In this document: piece after piece, positions 10,664 to 20,280 of the stretch
Numbering within the stretch: the stretch's first letter is position 1
How the letters are laid out: every line of letters starts with the position of its first letter
From: an uncultured delta proteobacterium
GTDB taxonomy: Bacteria; Desulfobacterota; Desulfobacteria; Desulfobacterales; B30-G6
Direction: 5' to 3'
Assembly: GCA_963823335.1 (NCBI GenBank)
Contig: CAWGLD010000007.1
Location: forward strand, 1-64,000
Length of the DNA: 64,000 nt
Translations under genes and position numbers: made by a program
Notes under the pieces: model-generated
The model's input: only the letters and a program-made list of their open reading frames with translations
Told to the model about the DNA's origin: nothing
Database searches by the model: none

Positions 10664-11476
10664 ATGGAAGAAACACTCCAGAAAGTTTATGGTCTAATCA
10701 TGTTATACGGTATTAAAGTCCTTGCCGCCATCGCCATATTTATTTTCGGTCGATGGGTTGCAAAAGGGTTTCGATCGCTTACCCAGCGGTTGATGGATAA
10801 AAGGAACGTCGACCCCACCATTACCGGATTTGTGGGTAACCTGACCTATATGGCCCTGCTCGTATTCGTTATCATCGCTGCGCTTGGCCAACTGGGAATC
10901 CAGACCACGTCCTTTATCGCCATTCTGGGTGCTGCCGGTCTTGCTGTCGGTCTGGCATTACAGGGCAGCCTGTCCAATTTTGCCGCTGGATTTCTGATGC
11001 TCATCTTCAAACCGTTCAAGGTGGGGGACTATATTGAGGCTGCCGGTGTTGCCGGAACCGTCGAAACGATTCAGATTTTTACCACCACCTTGAAAACACC
11101 CGACAACAAAACCGTTATCGTCCCGAACTCAGGCGTCACCGGTGGCAACATCGTAAACTGGACCGTGAAAGGAACACGCCGGGCCGACATGGTTTTTGGT
11201 ATCAGTTATGACGATGATATCGACAAGGCCAAACAGATCATGGCCGAGGTCCTTGGCAAGGACGACAGAATCCTGAAGGATCCACCCCTGCAGATCGCCG
11301 TCTCCGAGTTGGCCGACAGCAGCGTCAATTTTGTCGTGCGCCCCTGGGTAACCATTGAAAATTACTGGGGTGTCTATTTCGATGCCATTGAAAATATCAA
11401 GAAAGCATTTGATGAGGCCGGCATTTCCATCCCCTACCCCCAACGGGATGTACATATGTACGAACACAAAGAATAA
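10664..11476 (+). CDS. mscS: Small-conductance mechanosensitive channel
   Basis: GAAGLAVGLALQGSLSNFAAG, KPFKVGD, GISIPYPQRDVH. Confidence 0.95.
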   Translation: MEETLQKVYGLIMLYGIKVLAAIAIFIFGRWVAKGFRSLTQRLMDKRNVDPTITGFVGNLTYMALLVFVIIAALGQLGIQTTSFIAILGAAGLAVGLALQGSLSNFAAGFLMLIFKPFKVGDYIEAAGVAGTVETIQIFTTTLKTPDNKTVIVPNSGVTGGNIVNWTVKGTRRADMVFGISYDDDIDKAKQIMAEVLGKDDRILKDPPLQIAVSELADSSVNFVVRPWVTIENYWGVYFDAIENIKKAFDEAGISIPYPQRDVHMYEHKE

Positions 11477-11513
11477 ATTCGTTTCACGAATTTATATAAC
11501 GCGACGTTGTCGC
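11473..11513 (+). repeat. Family-C 41-bp double-hairpin repeat at a gene 3' end
   Basis: ATAAATTCG-N5-CGAATTTAT-N3-ACGCGAC-N3-GTCGC. Confidence 0.8.
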
Positions 11514-11516
11514 TCT

Positions 11517-11556
11517 AAAAAATGGGTCATCTCCTTTAGAGATTACCCATTTTTTT
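11517..11556 (+). terminator. Rho-independent terminator after mscS, possibly bidirectional
   Basis: AAAAAATGGGTCATCTC-cttta-GAGATTACCCATTTTTTT. Confidence 0.7.
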
Positions 11557-11590
11557 ATTGCCACCACGTGGTGATTGGTGTTAATAATTC

Positions 11591-11923
11591 GGGATCATCT
11601 CCCAAAGAGTTGATCCAAATTAAGGATTCAAGGATTCCAGGGGTCCAGGGGTCGAGTGAGATGAAGTGAGGCACCAGCTGAACCGCAACAGCGAGCGCAT
11701 TCCCCGTAGGTTCTGCCGTTCGGCAGTGCTTCGCATGCTGCGGGGTTAGCGAGCGAATCTAAATTATACAGAATTCCTTACGGTCGAAGATTCCTCGTAG
11801 CTTGCTGCGAGGTTCTTCAATACTTAAGAGTTATAAAGAGTTAAAGGTCTGGAAAACCAACACTTGAATCCTTGAATCCTGGACCCCTTGAACCCTTTCT
11901 CCCAAATAATTGGGAGAAGATCC
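11591..11923. mobile_element. Second four-helix-bundle remnant cassette with a nested family-A element
   Basis: Same terminal repeats and 8-mer arms as 1906-2161; remnant LKSYKELKVW joined to LENQHLNP; family-A copy inside at 11679-11821. Confidence 0.65.
11679..11821 (-). repeat. Family-A element, inverted copy
   Basis: Reverse complement of 6164-6306 with few mismatches. Confidence 0.85.
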
Positions 11924-11970
11924 GTATAGATTATATGCGCTTTTTTTATGGATCAATACAAAGGTACACA

Positions 11971-12921
11971 ATGCAAACGACCAACCATCCCATTACCCGA
12001 AGAGAATCCATCAAGAAAATACTGATGTTTTCCGGTGGTATAGCCCTGGCGGGCAGCCCTGCCCTGCCCTTTAGTCTGCCCCGTTCTGTTCTGGCAGACA
12101 CAGGCCGGGAGTCGTTCATCGTCGATGCCGAGGGCCGGACACCCGGCTTCACCATCAGGGATCTGACACGCAGGACCTTCGATGCTGCCGGCGGCATGCA
12201 ACAATTCATATCCAGGGGGGACATCGTCGTTGTCAAACCCAACATTTCCTGGGCACGGGCTCCCCAGCTAGCCGCCACGACCCACCCGGAGGTCTTAAAG
12301 ACCGTCATCGAACTGTGCCAGGAGGCCGGTGCCAAAAAGGTCAGGATCGCCGACCACACCATTCATGGTGCAAATCGATGTTTTGCTGTCACCGGCGCAG
12401 GCTCGGTTGCCAAAGAAACCGGTGCAGACCTGGTGTTTCCACGATCTTCTCTCATGAGGGATATGAAGTTGAACGGACACCGCCTGGATGTGTGGCCGGT
12501 TTTCACCCCCGTCGTGGAAGCAGACAAACTCATCAACCTGCCGGTTGCAAAGGTCCACGGCCTGAGCGACCTGACCCTGGGAATGAAGAATTGGATCGGC
12601 GCTGTTGGTGGCCGACGGTACGCGCTTCACCAGGACATTCACCAGACCATTGTCGATCTGGCCCAATTTTTCAAACCCACCATCACCCTCATCGATGCCA
12701 CGCGCATAATGACCCGCAATGGACCGTCAGGCGGCAGCATGGCCGATGTTGCAGTCGTGAACCGGCTCATACTGAGTGATGATCCTGTAGCGGCAGACGC
12801 ACGGGCAGCCGGTCTTTTCGGTTTTGCACCGGATGATATCGGTTTCATACGCCTGGGCAAAAAATGGCGGCTCGGCACCTATGACGTTGACATTCCCTTG
12901 CAGCGCGAGGTCTCCGTTTGA
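11971..12921 (+). CDS. DUF362-family protein with a Tat-like signal
   Basis: TRRESIK signal, VVVKPN, TTHPEV, LINLPVAKVHG..LTLGMKNWIG; the ORF-track extension from 11872 lies in repeat DNA. Confidence 0.85.
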   Translation: MQTTNHPITRRESIKKILMFSGGIALAGSPALPFSLPRSVLADTGRESFIVDAEGRTPGFTIRDLTRRTFDAAGGMQQFISRGDIVVVKPNISWARAPQLAATTHPEVLKTVIELCQEAGAKKVRIADHTIHGANRCFAVTGAGSVAKETGADLVFPRSSLMRDMKLNGHRLDVWPVFTPVVEADKLINLPVAKVHGLSDLTLGMKNWIGAVGGRRYALHQDIHQTIVDLAQFFKPTITLIDATRIMTRNGPSGGSMADVAVVNRLILSDDPVAADARAAGLFGFAPDDIGFIRLGKKWRLGTYDVDIPLQREVSV

Positions 12922-14537
12922 AACCCAAACATCTGGTCTGGATACGTCGAGGGAGCCAGGCGTTTTTTTTATGTCTCTTTCTATTCCTGCTGGTGGAAAG
13001 CCGTCTGCCCCAGGACATCGTTGTGGACTACACCCAATCCATGGGAGAAACCCAGGAATTACGTATCGATCAGCCCATCACGTTTTTTTTCCAGCTCGAC
13101 CCCCTGGTATGGCTGACCTCGCTTATTTCAGGGCACCTGTGGATCAAAGGATTTTTCTGGGCCGTAGCTGTCCTGGTGATGACCCTGCTGTTAGGCCGCG
13201 TTTTCTGCGGGTTCATCTGCCCCTTCGGAACCATCCACCACATGATCAGCCATTTCAAATCTTCCCTCAAGGGGAAAAAGCTTTTTCATCTCAACCGTAA
13301 AACCGGATCCCAAAAGATCAAATATGCCGTATTGGTGAGCGTGCTTTTTTCAGCCCTTTGCGGCCTCAATATCGCCGGATGGATGGATCCTATTTCATTT
13401 CTCTTTCGATCTCTGGCACTGGCCGTCATACCGGGGGTTGGGAATGGCCTTTCCGAATTTTTCGGACTGCTGGCCGCCAGCGACATTAAAATACTGAACC
13501 TCATGAGTTACGGTGAGATGCTGGTATGGCCGATCTTTGGATTTGACTTCAAATCCTTCCAGACCGGATGGATCATCGGTATGCTTTTTCTCGTCTCCCT
13601 CTTTCTCAACCGGGTAAGACCGCGCTTCTGGTGTCGAACGCTCTGTCCCCTGGGGGCATTGCTGGGATTGTGTTCCGGATTCAGCCGCCTTCGATTGGAA
13701 AAAGACACTGCCAAGTGCACACAATGCCAGGAATGCGTCATGACCTGTCAGGGAGCGGCAGAACCGATTCCGGGTGTCGATTGGCAGCCGGCCGAGTGCC
13801 TGACCTGTTTCAACTGTTCTGAAACTTGCCCTGAAACTGCCCTGCAATTTACCTTCCGCCAACCCGGAAAGGAGCGGAAACTGCCGGACATGGGCAGACG
13901 GGCACTGCTGGGAGGATTGGCCACCGGCGTATCGCTACCCTTTTTGGGAAGTCTCGATGGAAATATCCATGGGGTATCCCAGGCCAATCTCATCCGACCA
14001 CCCGGTTCTGTCACGGAGAATGAATTTCTCAAACTTTGCCAGCGTTGTGGTCTCTGTATGAAGGCCTGTCCCACAAACGCCATCAACCCCGCATTTACTG
14101 AAGCCGGCATGGCCGGTTTCTGGACCCCCACGCTGTTGATGACCCAGGGGTACTGCGAACACACCTGTACCCTGTGCGGGTCGGTCTGCCCGACCCGGGC
14201 CATTCAGGAGATCTCCAGCACGCAAAAGATCGAAACACCCATTCGTATCGGGTCGGCCCATTTTGACCGGGGAAGGTGTCTCCCCTGGTCCGGAAACGGT
14301 CCCTGTATCGTTTGTGAAGAGCACTGTCCCACATCGCCCAAGGCAATTTATTTTTTTGAAGACCGGGTCGAGGGCCCCGGAGGGGAACGTCAGCAGGTCA
14401 AACTGCCCCAGGTGGACCTGACACGCTGCACCGGTTGCGGGATCTGTGAAAACAAGTGTCCCATCAGGGGCAAACCAGCCATAAGGGTCATTTCCGCTGG
14501 TGAATCACGATCAACAAAAAACCAGATCATGCTCTAA
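12918..14537 (+). CDS. Membrane polyferredoxin (NapH/MauN-type fused to a NapG/MauM-type domain)
   Basis: GRVFCGFICPFG, FWCRTLCPLG, several CxxCxxCxxxCP motifs, IRPPGS. Confidence 0.88.
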   Translation: MKPKHLVWIRRGSQAFFLCLFLFLLVESRLPQDIVVDYTQSMGETQELRIDQPITFFFQLDPLVWLTSLISGHLWIKGFFWAVAVLVMTLLLGRVFCGFICPFGTIHHMISHFKSSLKGKKLFHLNRKTGSQKIKYAVLVSVLFSALCGLNIAGWMDPISFLFRSLALAVIPGVGNGLSEFFGLLAASDIKILNLMSYGEMLVWPIFGFDFKSFQTGWIIGMLFLVSLFLNRVRPRFWCRTLCPLGALLGLCSGFSRLRLEKDTAKCTQCQECVMTCQGAAEPIPGVDWQPAECLTCFNCSETCPETALQFTFRQPGKERKLPDMGRRALLGGLATGVSLPFLGSLDGNIHGVSQANLIRPPGSVTENEFLKLCQRCGLCMKACPTNAINPAFTEAGMAGFWTPTLLMTQGYCEHTCTLCGSVCPTRAIQEISSTQKIETPIRIGSAHFDRGRCLPWSGNGPCIVCEEHCPTSPKAIYFFEDRVEGPGGERQQVKLPQVDLTRCTGCGICENKCPIRGKPAIRVISAGESRSTKNQIML

Positions 14538-14578
14538 ATAAATTCGCCCAGCGAATTTATGTGACGCGACGATGTCGC
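14538..14578 (+). repeat. Family-C double-hairpin repeat
   Basis: Matches the consensus; lies directly after the stop codon. Confidence 0.8.
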
Positions 14579-14629
14579 TTTAAAAACTTGAAAGATTTGT
14601 TTATCGTTCCATAAAAGAAAGGAAAAAAC

Positions 14630-15451
14630 GTGACACTTTTAATCGTAGACAATGAAAAATGTAAAAAGGATGGTATTTGTGCGGCTGATTGCCCCATGGC
14701 AATCATCAAGATTGAAAAGGAAGAGGGCCCCAAGATCGTTCCGGGTAGTGACGATTTCTGCCTGAGATGTGGTCACTGCGTGGCAATCTGTCCCCATGGA
14801 GCCTTGAGTCACCAGGACATCCCCCTGGAAAGCTGTGTACCGCTGAAGAAAGAACATGCCATTGACACGGATCAGGCGATTCAATTTCTTCGTTCCCGCA
14901 GATCGATCCGATTTTTCAAAGACAAACCCGTTGAAAAGGGTACCCTGAAGCGACTGATCGAAATTGGCCGCTATGCCCCCACGGCCAGCAATTCCCAGTT
15001 GGTGGAATGGACCGTTTTTACGGACAAGGCAAAGATCCAGGAAATAGCCGGTCTGGTCATCGACTGGGTAAAAGGAATATTAAAAAAAGACCCGCAACCT
15101 TCATATGCACCCTACATGCCCATCATCGCAGGCGCCTGGGACATGGGCTTTGATGCGGTTTTGCGAAATGCGCCCGGGTTGATCCTCGCCTCGGCGCCCA
15201 AGGAAGCCAGCAACGGTCTGGTGGACGTGACCCTGGCACTTTCCTACCTGGAGCTTGCGGCGCCTTCTTTCGGTCTGGGAACCTGTTGGGCTGGCTTGTT
15301 GTACGGCGCCGCGCGATCCCATGCACCCATCAGGGAAATACTAAACCTTGCAGACAATGTTCCTTTTTATTACCCCATGATGATCGGTCACCCCAAAACC
15401 AGATATTATCGCTGTCCGGAAAGAAAAGCACCCAGGATTGTATGGAAATAA
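14630..15451 (+). CDS. Nitroreductase with an N-terminal 4Fe-4S ferredoxin domain
   Basis: CKKDGICAADCP, CLRCGHCVAICP, SRRSIR, APTASNSQ, GLGTCWAG. Confidence 0.9.
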   Translation: MTLLIVDNEKCKKDGICAADCPMAIIKIEKEEGPKIVPGSDDFCLRCGHCVAICPHGALSHQDIPLESCVPLKKEHAIDTDQAIQFLRSRRSIRFFKDKPVEKGTLKRLIEIGRYAPTASNSQLVEWTVFTDKAKIQEIAGLVIDWVKGILKKDPQPSYAPYMPIIAGAWDMGFDAVLRNAPGLILASAPKEASNGLVDVTLALSYLELAAPSFGLGTCWAGLLYGAARSHAPIREILNLADNVPFYYPMMIGHPKTRYYRCPERKAPRIVWK

Positions 15452-15488
15452 ATTCGCTTTGCGAATTTATCTGACGCGACTTCGTCGC
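15448..15488 (+). repeat. Family-C double-hairpin repeat
   Basis: Matches the consensus; overlaps the stop codon. Confidence 0.8.
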
Positions 15489-15864
15489 TTTTAAGATAGT
15501 TTATTAATTAATCGAGCCCTCGGGGAGTTGTTCATAAAGTCGGCGGAGCAAGGGGCGATGCAGCGAAGTGGGTATCAGCTGAAGCGTTTCTTTCGCAGGC
15601 TTTATCGGGATAACGTATAAGCTGACAGATACCACAGGTTAACCATAGCTTATCCCCGGCATGAGACTTGGTTATGCCTCCATTTCAGGATCCGCTGGGC
15701 TTTAGCCTCTGGATATGGCCGGAAGCACACGAGCATGCAGATCGACTTCATCACAGTAATTCGCCTGGGGAAGGGTTCGTGGGCAAGCGCTCGAAGACAC
15801 ACCCCAGGATCACGGCGGCCCCGTATTCTTTGGTGAATATCCTTTAGGATTATATATTTCACTG

Positions 15865-15992
15865 GATCCTTTGACCCTTTAAACCCTCATTAGCCTTTTA
15901 GCGGTTCAGACTGTAGGCTGTTAAGTGCCGTCGGCTAAGTGCTTTCAGCCACCCTCGAACCCTTGTATCACCCTCAAACCCTCGGACCCTTG
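15865..15992. repeat. Family-D modular repeat
   Basis: Reverse-complement core GGGTGATACAAGGGTTCGAGGGTGGCTGA plus the TAGCCTTTTAGCGG module. Confidence 0.7.
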
Positions 15993-16011
15993 TTGGCTTA
16001 ATAGCAGATGA

Positions 16012-16040
16012 TTGACATCAAAGACAATCATACATAGAAT
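16012..16040 (+). promoter_or_regulatory. Sigma70-type promoter of the pfpI-glycerate kinase genes
   Basis: TTGACA-17 nt-TAGAAT. Confidence 0.7.
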
Positions 16041-16079
16041 AAAATTTACGCGATTTTATAAACCATAAGGAGATTTGTC

Positions 16080-16595
16080 ATGCTGCAAAATAAAAAAATT
16101 GCCATACTGATCGAAGATATGTTCAATGTATTCGAGTTCTGGTACCCATATTACCGATTGAAGGAAGAAGGCGCGGAGGTTATAGTGGTGGGTTCCGGAA
16201 GAACGGATGTTTTTACGGGAAAACCCGCCACGGAATGCAAGGCGGATGTCAGTGCTGAAGATGTCAGGGCCGCTGACTTCGATGGCCTCATTGTTCCGGG
16301 CGGCTATGCGCCTGACATGATGCGCAGGTATCCGGCCATGGTGAAGCTGGTAAAGGATATGCATCAGGCAAACAAACTGGTGGCTGCTATCTGCCATGCC
16401 GGCTGGATGCTTGCCTCGGCTGACATCCTGCAAGGGAAAAAGGTGACGTCTTTCTTTGCCATCAAGGATGATCTGGTTCATGCGGGCGCCGACTGGGTGG
16501 ACCAGGGTGTCGTGGTGGACGGCAACCTGATTACCAGTCGAACACCGGACGATCTGCCGGTATTTATGAAGGCGATTATCGGGTATCTTAAATAA
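16080..16595 (+). CDS. pfpI: DJ-1/PfpI-family protein (type 1 glutamine amidotransferase-like)
   Basis: PGGYAPD, AAICHAG, VVVDGNLITSRTPDDL. Confidence 0.93.
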   Translation: MLQNKKIAILIEDMFNVFEFWYPYYRLKEEGAEVIVVGSGRTDVFTGKPATECKADVSAEDVRAADFDGLIVPGGYAPDMMRRYPAMVKLVKDMHQANKLVAAICHAGWMLASADILQGKKVTSFFAIKDDLVHAGADWVDQGVVVDGNLITSRTPDDLPVFMKAIIGYLK

Positions 16596-16632
16596 CTCAA
16601 CTTTCGGGATTTAGAAAACGCGAAATGAATAT

Positions 16633-17970
16633 ATGATTCACGCCAATTTGAATAAAATGAGAAAAGACGCCGTCGATATCTTCCATGCAGGTCTGAAGGC
16701 AGTGGATCCGGTTGCGGCTGTCAGGCGATGTGTCAGCCTGGATCACGGGAAACTCACTATCGGTGCCAAAACATTTGACCTGTCACAGGTGAAGGATATT
16801 TTTGTTGTCGGTGCCGGTAAGGCTTCGGGAGCCATGGCAGCAGCGCTGGAAGAGATCCTGGCAGATCGGATCACAGGGGGACTGGTGGTGGTCAAATATG
16901 GCCATGCCGTAAATCTTTCCCACGTCTCACTGGTGGAGGCCGGTCATCCCGTACCGGACAAGAATGGTCAAGAAGGCGCCGAAAGGATACGCAAACATAT
17001 TGCAAGGGCAGGCATCGGCGATCTTGTTCTCTGCCTGATATCCGGTGGCGGTTCCGCCCTGCTGCCCTCTCCCGCCCCAGGTCTGACCCTGGCGGATAAA
17101 CAGGTGACCATCCAGGTGCTCCTGTCCTGTGGCGCCACCATCCATGAAATCAACACCATCCGCAAGCATCTGTCCCGAATCAAGGGAGGGCAACTGGCCC
17201 TGTCCGCTCACCCGGCCAGAGTGGTTTCATTGATTTTATCCGATGTTGTGGGTGATGACCTGGATGTAATCGCTTCGGGACCCACGGTTCCCGATCCCAG
17301 CACCTTCCAGGACTGCATGAATATCCTTTCCAAGTATCGCATCGCTGAAAAACTGCCCAAGACCATCTACAGGCATCTTGTGGACGGGGCTCAAGAAAAA
17401 ATCAGAGAAACCCCCAAACCAGGCCACCCTGCCTTTGACCATGCAGACCACTTCATTATCGGAAACAATTTTCAGGCACTGGATTCCGCCAGACGTTACG
17501 CTGAAGCCCTGGGATACAACACGATGATGCTCACGTCCTTTCTGACAGGCGAAACCAGAGATGCCGCCCATTTTCATGCCGCCATTCTCAGGGAAATAAA
17601 CCAGTCCGGGCATCCGGCCGGTCCACCGGCATGCCTTCTTTCGGGGGGTGAAACCACGGTAACCCTGAAAGGGAAAGGCAAAGGCGGCAGAAACCAGGAG
17701 TTTACCCTGGCATCGGCCATTGCACTTGAGGGCTTAGGACCGGTGGTCTGCCTGAGCGCAGGCACCGACGGCACCGACGGCCCGACCGATGCAGCCGGCG
17801 CCATCATGGATAGCACAACCCTGGCGCGAGCCAGGGCCAAAGGGCTCGATGCAACCGCCTACCTGGCGGACAACGATTCATACCACTTTTTTCAAACCCT
17901 GGGAGATCTCTTTATTACAGGCCCTACCATAACCAATGTCATGGATCTGCGAATTGCGTTGGTGGGCTGA
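16633..17970 (+). CDS. Glycerate 2-kinase / hydroxypyruvate reductase (TtuD/MOFRL family)
   Basis: GAGKAS, AGHPVPD, LISGGGSAL, IASGPT, GGRNQE, GTDGTDG, TNVMD. Confidence 0.93.
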   Translation: MIHANLNKMRKDAVDIFHAGLKAVDPVAAVRRCVSLDHGKLTIGAKTFDLSQVKDIFVVGAGKASGAMAAALEEILADRITGGLVVVKYGHAVNLSHVSLVEAGHPVPDKNGQEGAERIRKHIARAGIGDLVLCLISGGGSALLPSPAPGLTLADKQVTIQVLLSCGATIHEINTIRKHLSRIKGGQLALSAHPARVVSLILSDVVGDDLDVIASGPTVPDPSTFQDCMNILSKYRIAEKLPKTIYRHLVDGAQEKIRETPKPGHPAFDHADHFIIGNNFQALDSARRYAEALGYNTMMLTSFLTGETRDAAHFHAAILREINQSGHPAGPPACLLSGGETTVTLKGKGKGGRNQEFTLASAIALEGLGPVVCLSAGTDGTDGPTDAAGAIMDSTTLARARAKGLDATAYLADNDSYHFFQTLGDLFITGPTITNVMDLRIALVG

Positions 17971-18116
17971 GGATCGAAGGGTTGGAGGGGTGGCGGTCTG
18001 GAGGGTTAGCCATCAGCTATGAGCTGTCAGTTACATACGGCTTATAGCCAAAAGCTTGCGGTCTTACCCTCCAACCCTTGTATCCCCCTCCAACCCTTCA
18101 ACCCTTCAACCCTTTT
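17971..18116. repeat. Family-D modular repeat with facing GGGTTG/CAACCC arms
   Basis: AGGGTTGGAGGG ... CCCTCCAACCCTTGTATCCCCCTCCAACCCTTCAACCCTTCAACCC. Confidence 0.7.
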
Positions 18117-18188
18117 TACCAATGAAATTTAAAATCACAAATACGTGACTATTTATTTGAATTCTTTTATTTAGGGAAATGCAATCGT

Positions 18189-18632
18189 ATGCGCTCAGTC
18201 GTTCAAAGAGTCATAGAGAGTCATGTATCCGTCGCAGACGAAATTGTTGCCGGAATCGGCCGTGGTTTGCTGGTTTTGCTGGGGGTGGCAAAAAGCGACA
18301 CCCATAAGGATGCCAAATACCTTGCCGACAAGATTGCTCATCTTAGAATTTTTGAAGATGATCAGGGCAAAATGAACCGCTCTCTTATCGAAACCGGTGG
18401 CAGTATGCTGTTGGTATCCCAGTTCACGCTCTTGGGTGACTGCCGCAAAGGGAGACGACCCTCTTTTATCCAGGCTGCCCGACCCGAAGATGCCGATCAC
18501 TTATACAAATCCTTTGCAGGACTTGTGCGAGACATGGGTGTCGATGTCAAAACTGGTCGTTTCCAAACCATGATGGCTGTCTCACTGATAAACGACGGAC
18601 CGGTGACCATCATTCTTGAAAGCCCCTCATGA
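18189..18632 (+). CDS. dtd: D-aminoacyl-tRNA deacylase
   Basis: [26 protein letters not shown]. Confidence 0.96.
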   Translation: MRSVVQRVIESHVSVADEIVAGIGRGLLVLLGVAKSDTHKDAKYLADKIAHLRIFEDDQGKMNRSLIETGGSMLLVSQFTLLGDCRKGRRPSFIQAARPEDADHLYKSFAGLVRDMGVDVKTGRFQTMMAVSLINDGPVTIILESPS

Positions 18633-19846
18633 ATATCTTTCGACAAACAAGTAAACATCTGATCGGAACCCTGTTGTGTCTCGCCCTGGTCGGGATTCTT
18701 CCCGCCCAAGCCTTTGAGTTTGAGGGCTTGCAGAATCTGGTGGGGCTACGAGACGCGGTGGTGGTCTCAGGACCGGACAATCGCGTACTGTTTTCGCACA
18801 ATGCCGATGCCTTACAAATTCCTGCGTCGACACTGAAAATCCTCACGGCCCTCACGGCTTTTCACACCCTGGGTGAAGGATACCGCTTCCGGACTGAATT
18901 TTATTTGGATGCGCAATCAAACCTCAAAATCAAGGGCTACGGTGATCCGCTTTTGATTTCAGAGGTTATTGCAGACATATCTGCATTGCTCCATGACCGC
19001 CTGAAGGGCAACAGTCATTCATTGTCGAACATCATTGTCGACCCATCCTATTTCGACAGGGCCGTCGTGATACCGGATGTCACCGACTCCACCGAACCCT
19101 ACGATGCACCCAACGGGGCCTTGTGCGTCAATTTCAATACGGTAAATTTCAAGACCGTCAAGGGCGACTATACAAGTGCCGAACCCCAGACCCCCCTGCT
19201 GCCCATGACGCTTGATCGTATAAAAAGAACAGGGCTGTCCAGAGGGCGCATCACTCTCAGTCATCAAAAAAACGAGCTGCTTTTCTACGCCGGCAACCTG
19301 TTCAAATATTTTCTGCAGCAGACCGGCTTCACGGTGACCGGCAAGGTGTTGATCGGCAAGGTCGAATCTACGGACAAACAGATCCTTCTTTATCAATCCC
19401 CCTACCCGCTGAATCAGGCCATCGCCAAGATGATGACCTACTCCAACAATTTCATGGCCAACCAGATACTGCTTGAATCCGGTATTGCCCAGGCCGGCCC
19501 CCCGGGCACCCTGCAGAAAGGTGTCACGGCAGCCAGGGAGTTTGCCAAAAATGAACTCGGCATGGATGGGCTGCAGATCACGGAAGGATCGGGTATTTCC
19601 CGAACAAACCGCATCACAGCCATAAATCTTCACCGGCTTCTCCTGAAATTCAAACCGCATTACCGGCTTCTCAGGCAGGACGGAACTGACTTTTACAAGA
19701 CCGGCACACTCAAGGATGTCAGTACCCGGGTCGGATTTATTGGTCAGGATGAGACAAGGCTGTATGCCTATGTGATTCTCTGCAACACACCGGGTCGGTC
19801 GGCGACACCTGTCAGGAATAGGTTGCTCGAGATATTATCCCGCTGA
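18629..19846 (+). CDS. dacB: D-alanyl-D-alanine carboxypeptidase (peptidase S13, PBP4-like)
   Basis: SxxK (PASTLK), SNN and KTG motifs, GYGDP, EGSGISR. Confidence 0.88.
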   Translation: MNIFRQTSKHLIGTLLCLALVGILPAQAFEFEGLQNLVGLRDAVVVSGPDNRVLFSHNADALQIPASTLKILTALTAFHTLGEGYRFRTEFYLDAQSNLKIKGYGDPLLISEVIADISALLHDRLKGNSHSLSNIIVDPSYFDRAVVIPDVTDSTEPYDAPNGALCVNFNTVNFKTVKGDYTSAEPQTPLLPMTLDRIKRTGLSRGRITLSHQKNELLFYAGNLFKYFLQQTGFTVTGKVLIGKVESTDKQILLYQSPYPLNQAIAKMMTYSNNFMANQILLESGIAQAGPPGTLQKGVTAAREFAKNELGMDGLQITEGSGISRTNRITAINLHRLLLKFKPHYRLLRQDGTDFYKTGTLKDVSTRVGFIGQDETRLYAYVILCNTPGRSATPVRNRLLEILSR

Positions 19847-20245
19847 AACAGTTATTTTTCGCGGTGCGGCCTTCTCGACTTTGGGCAGAACCAATCGCAA
19901 CACACCGTTTTTCAGCTCTGCAGAAATCCTGGTCTGGTCGATGACCTCTGACAGGCTGAACTGGCGATGATATGTACCCACACCGTATTCGATGACAATG
20001 GGCTTTTCCGAAATTTCTACATCAGAGTCGGTTCCACCGGTCAAGGTGAGCACATCATCACGCAGATCAATGCTCAGGGTGTCCGTAGTTACGCCCGGCA
20101 TGTCCGCCAGCAGGGTTATCTCATTATCTGATTCGAAAATGTCCACGTCCGGTGTATAGACCACACCCGGCCTGGTCTGCTCGCCTGGCGCTGTCACTTC
20201 TTGTTTTTCCCTAATTTTTAATTCTTTGGCTTCGACGTCTGTCAT
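19835..20245 (-). CDS. Hsp20/alpha-crystallin small heat-shock protein
   Basis: VDIFE..LLADMPGV, AELKNGVLRLVLPK. Confidence 0.93.
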   Translation of the reverse strand: MTDVEAKELKIREKQEVTAPGEQTRPGVVYTPDVDIFESDNEITLLADMPGVTTDTLSIDLRDDVLTLTGGTDSDVEISEKPIVIEYGVGTYHRQFSLSEVIDQTRISAELKNGVLRLVLPKVEKAAPRKITVSAG

Positions 20246-20280
20246 GAGACTCCCTCCCTTCCAATAAAATATACGTTTGC

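Noticed and set aside
15650-15862. 70-aa ORF within the structured intergenic region
   Set aside because: No RBS or recognisable domain; structure rather than coding seems to explain the region.
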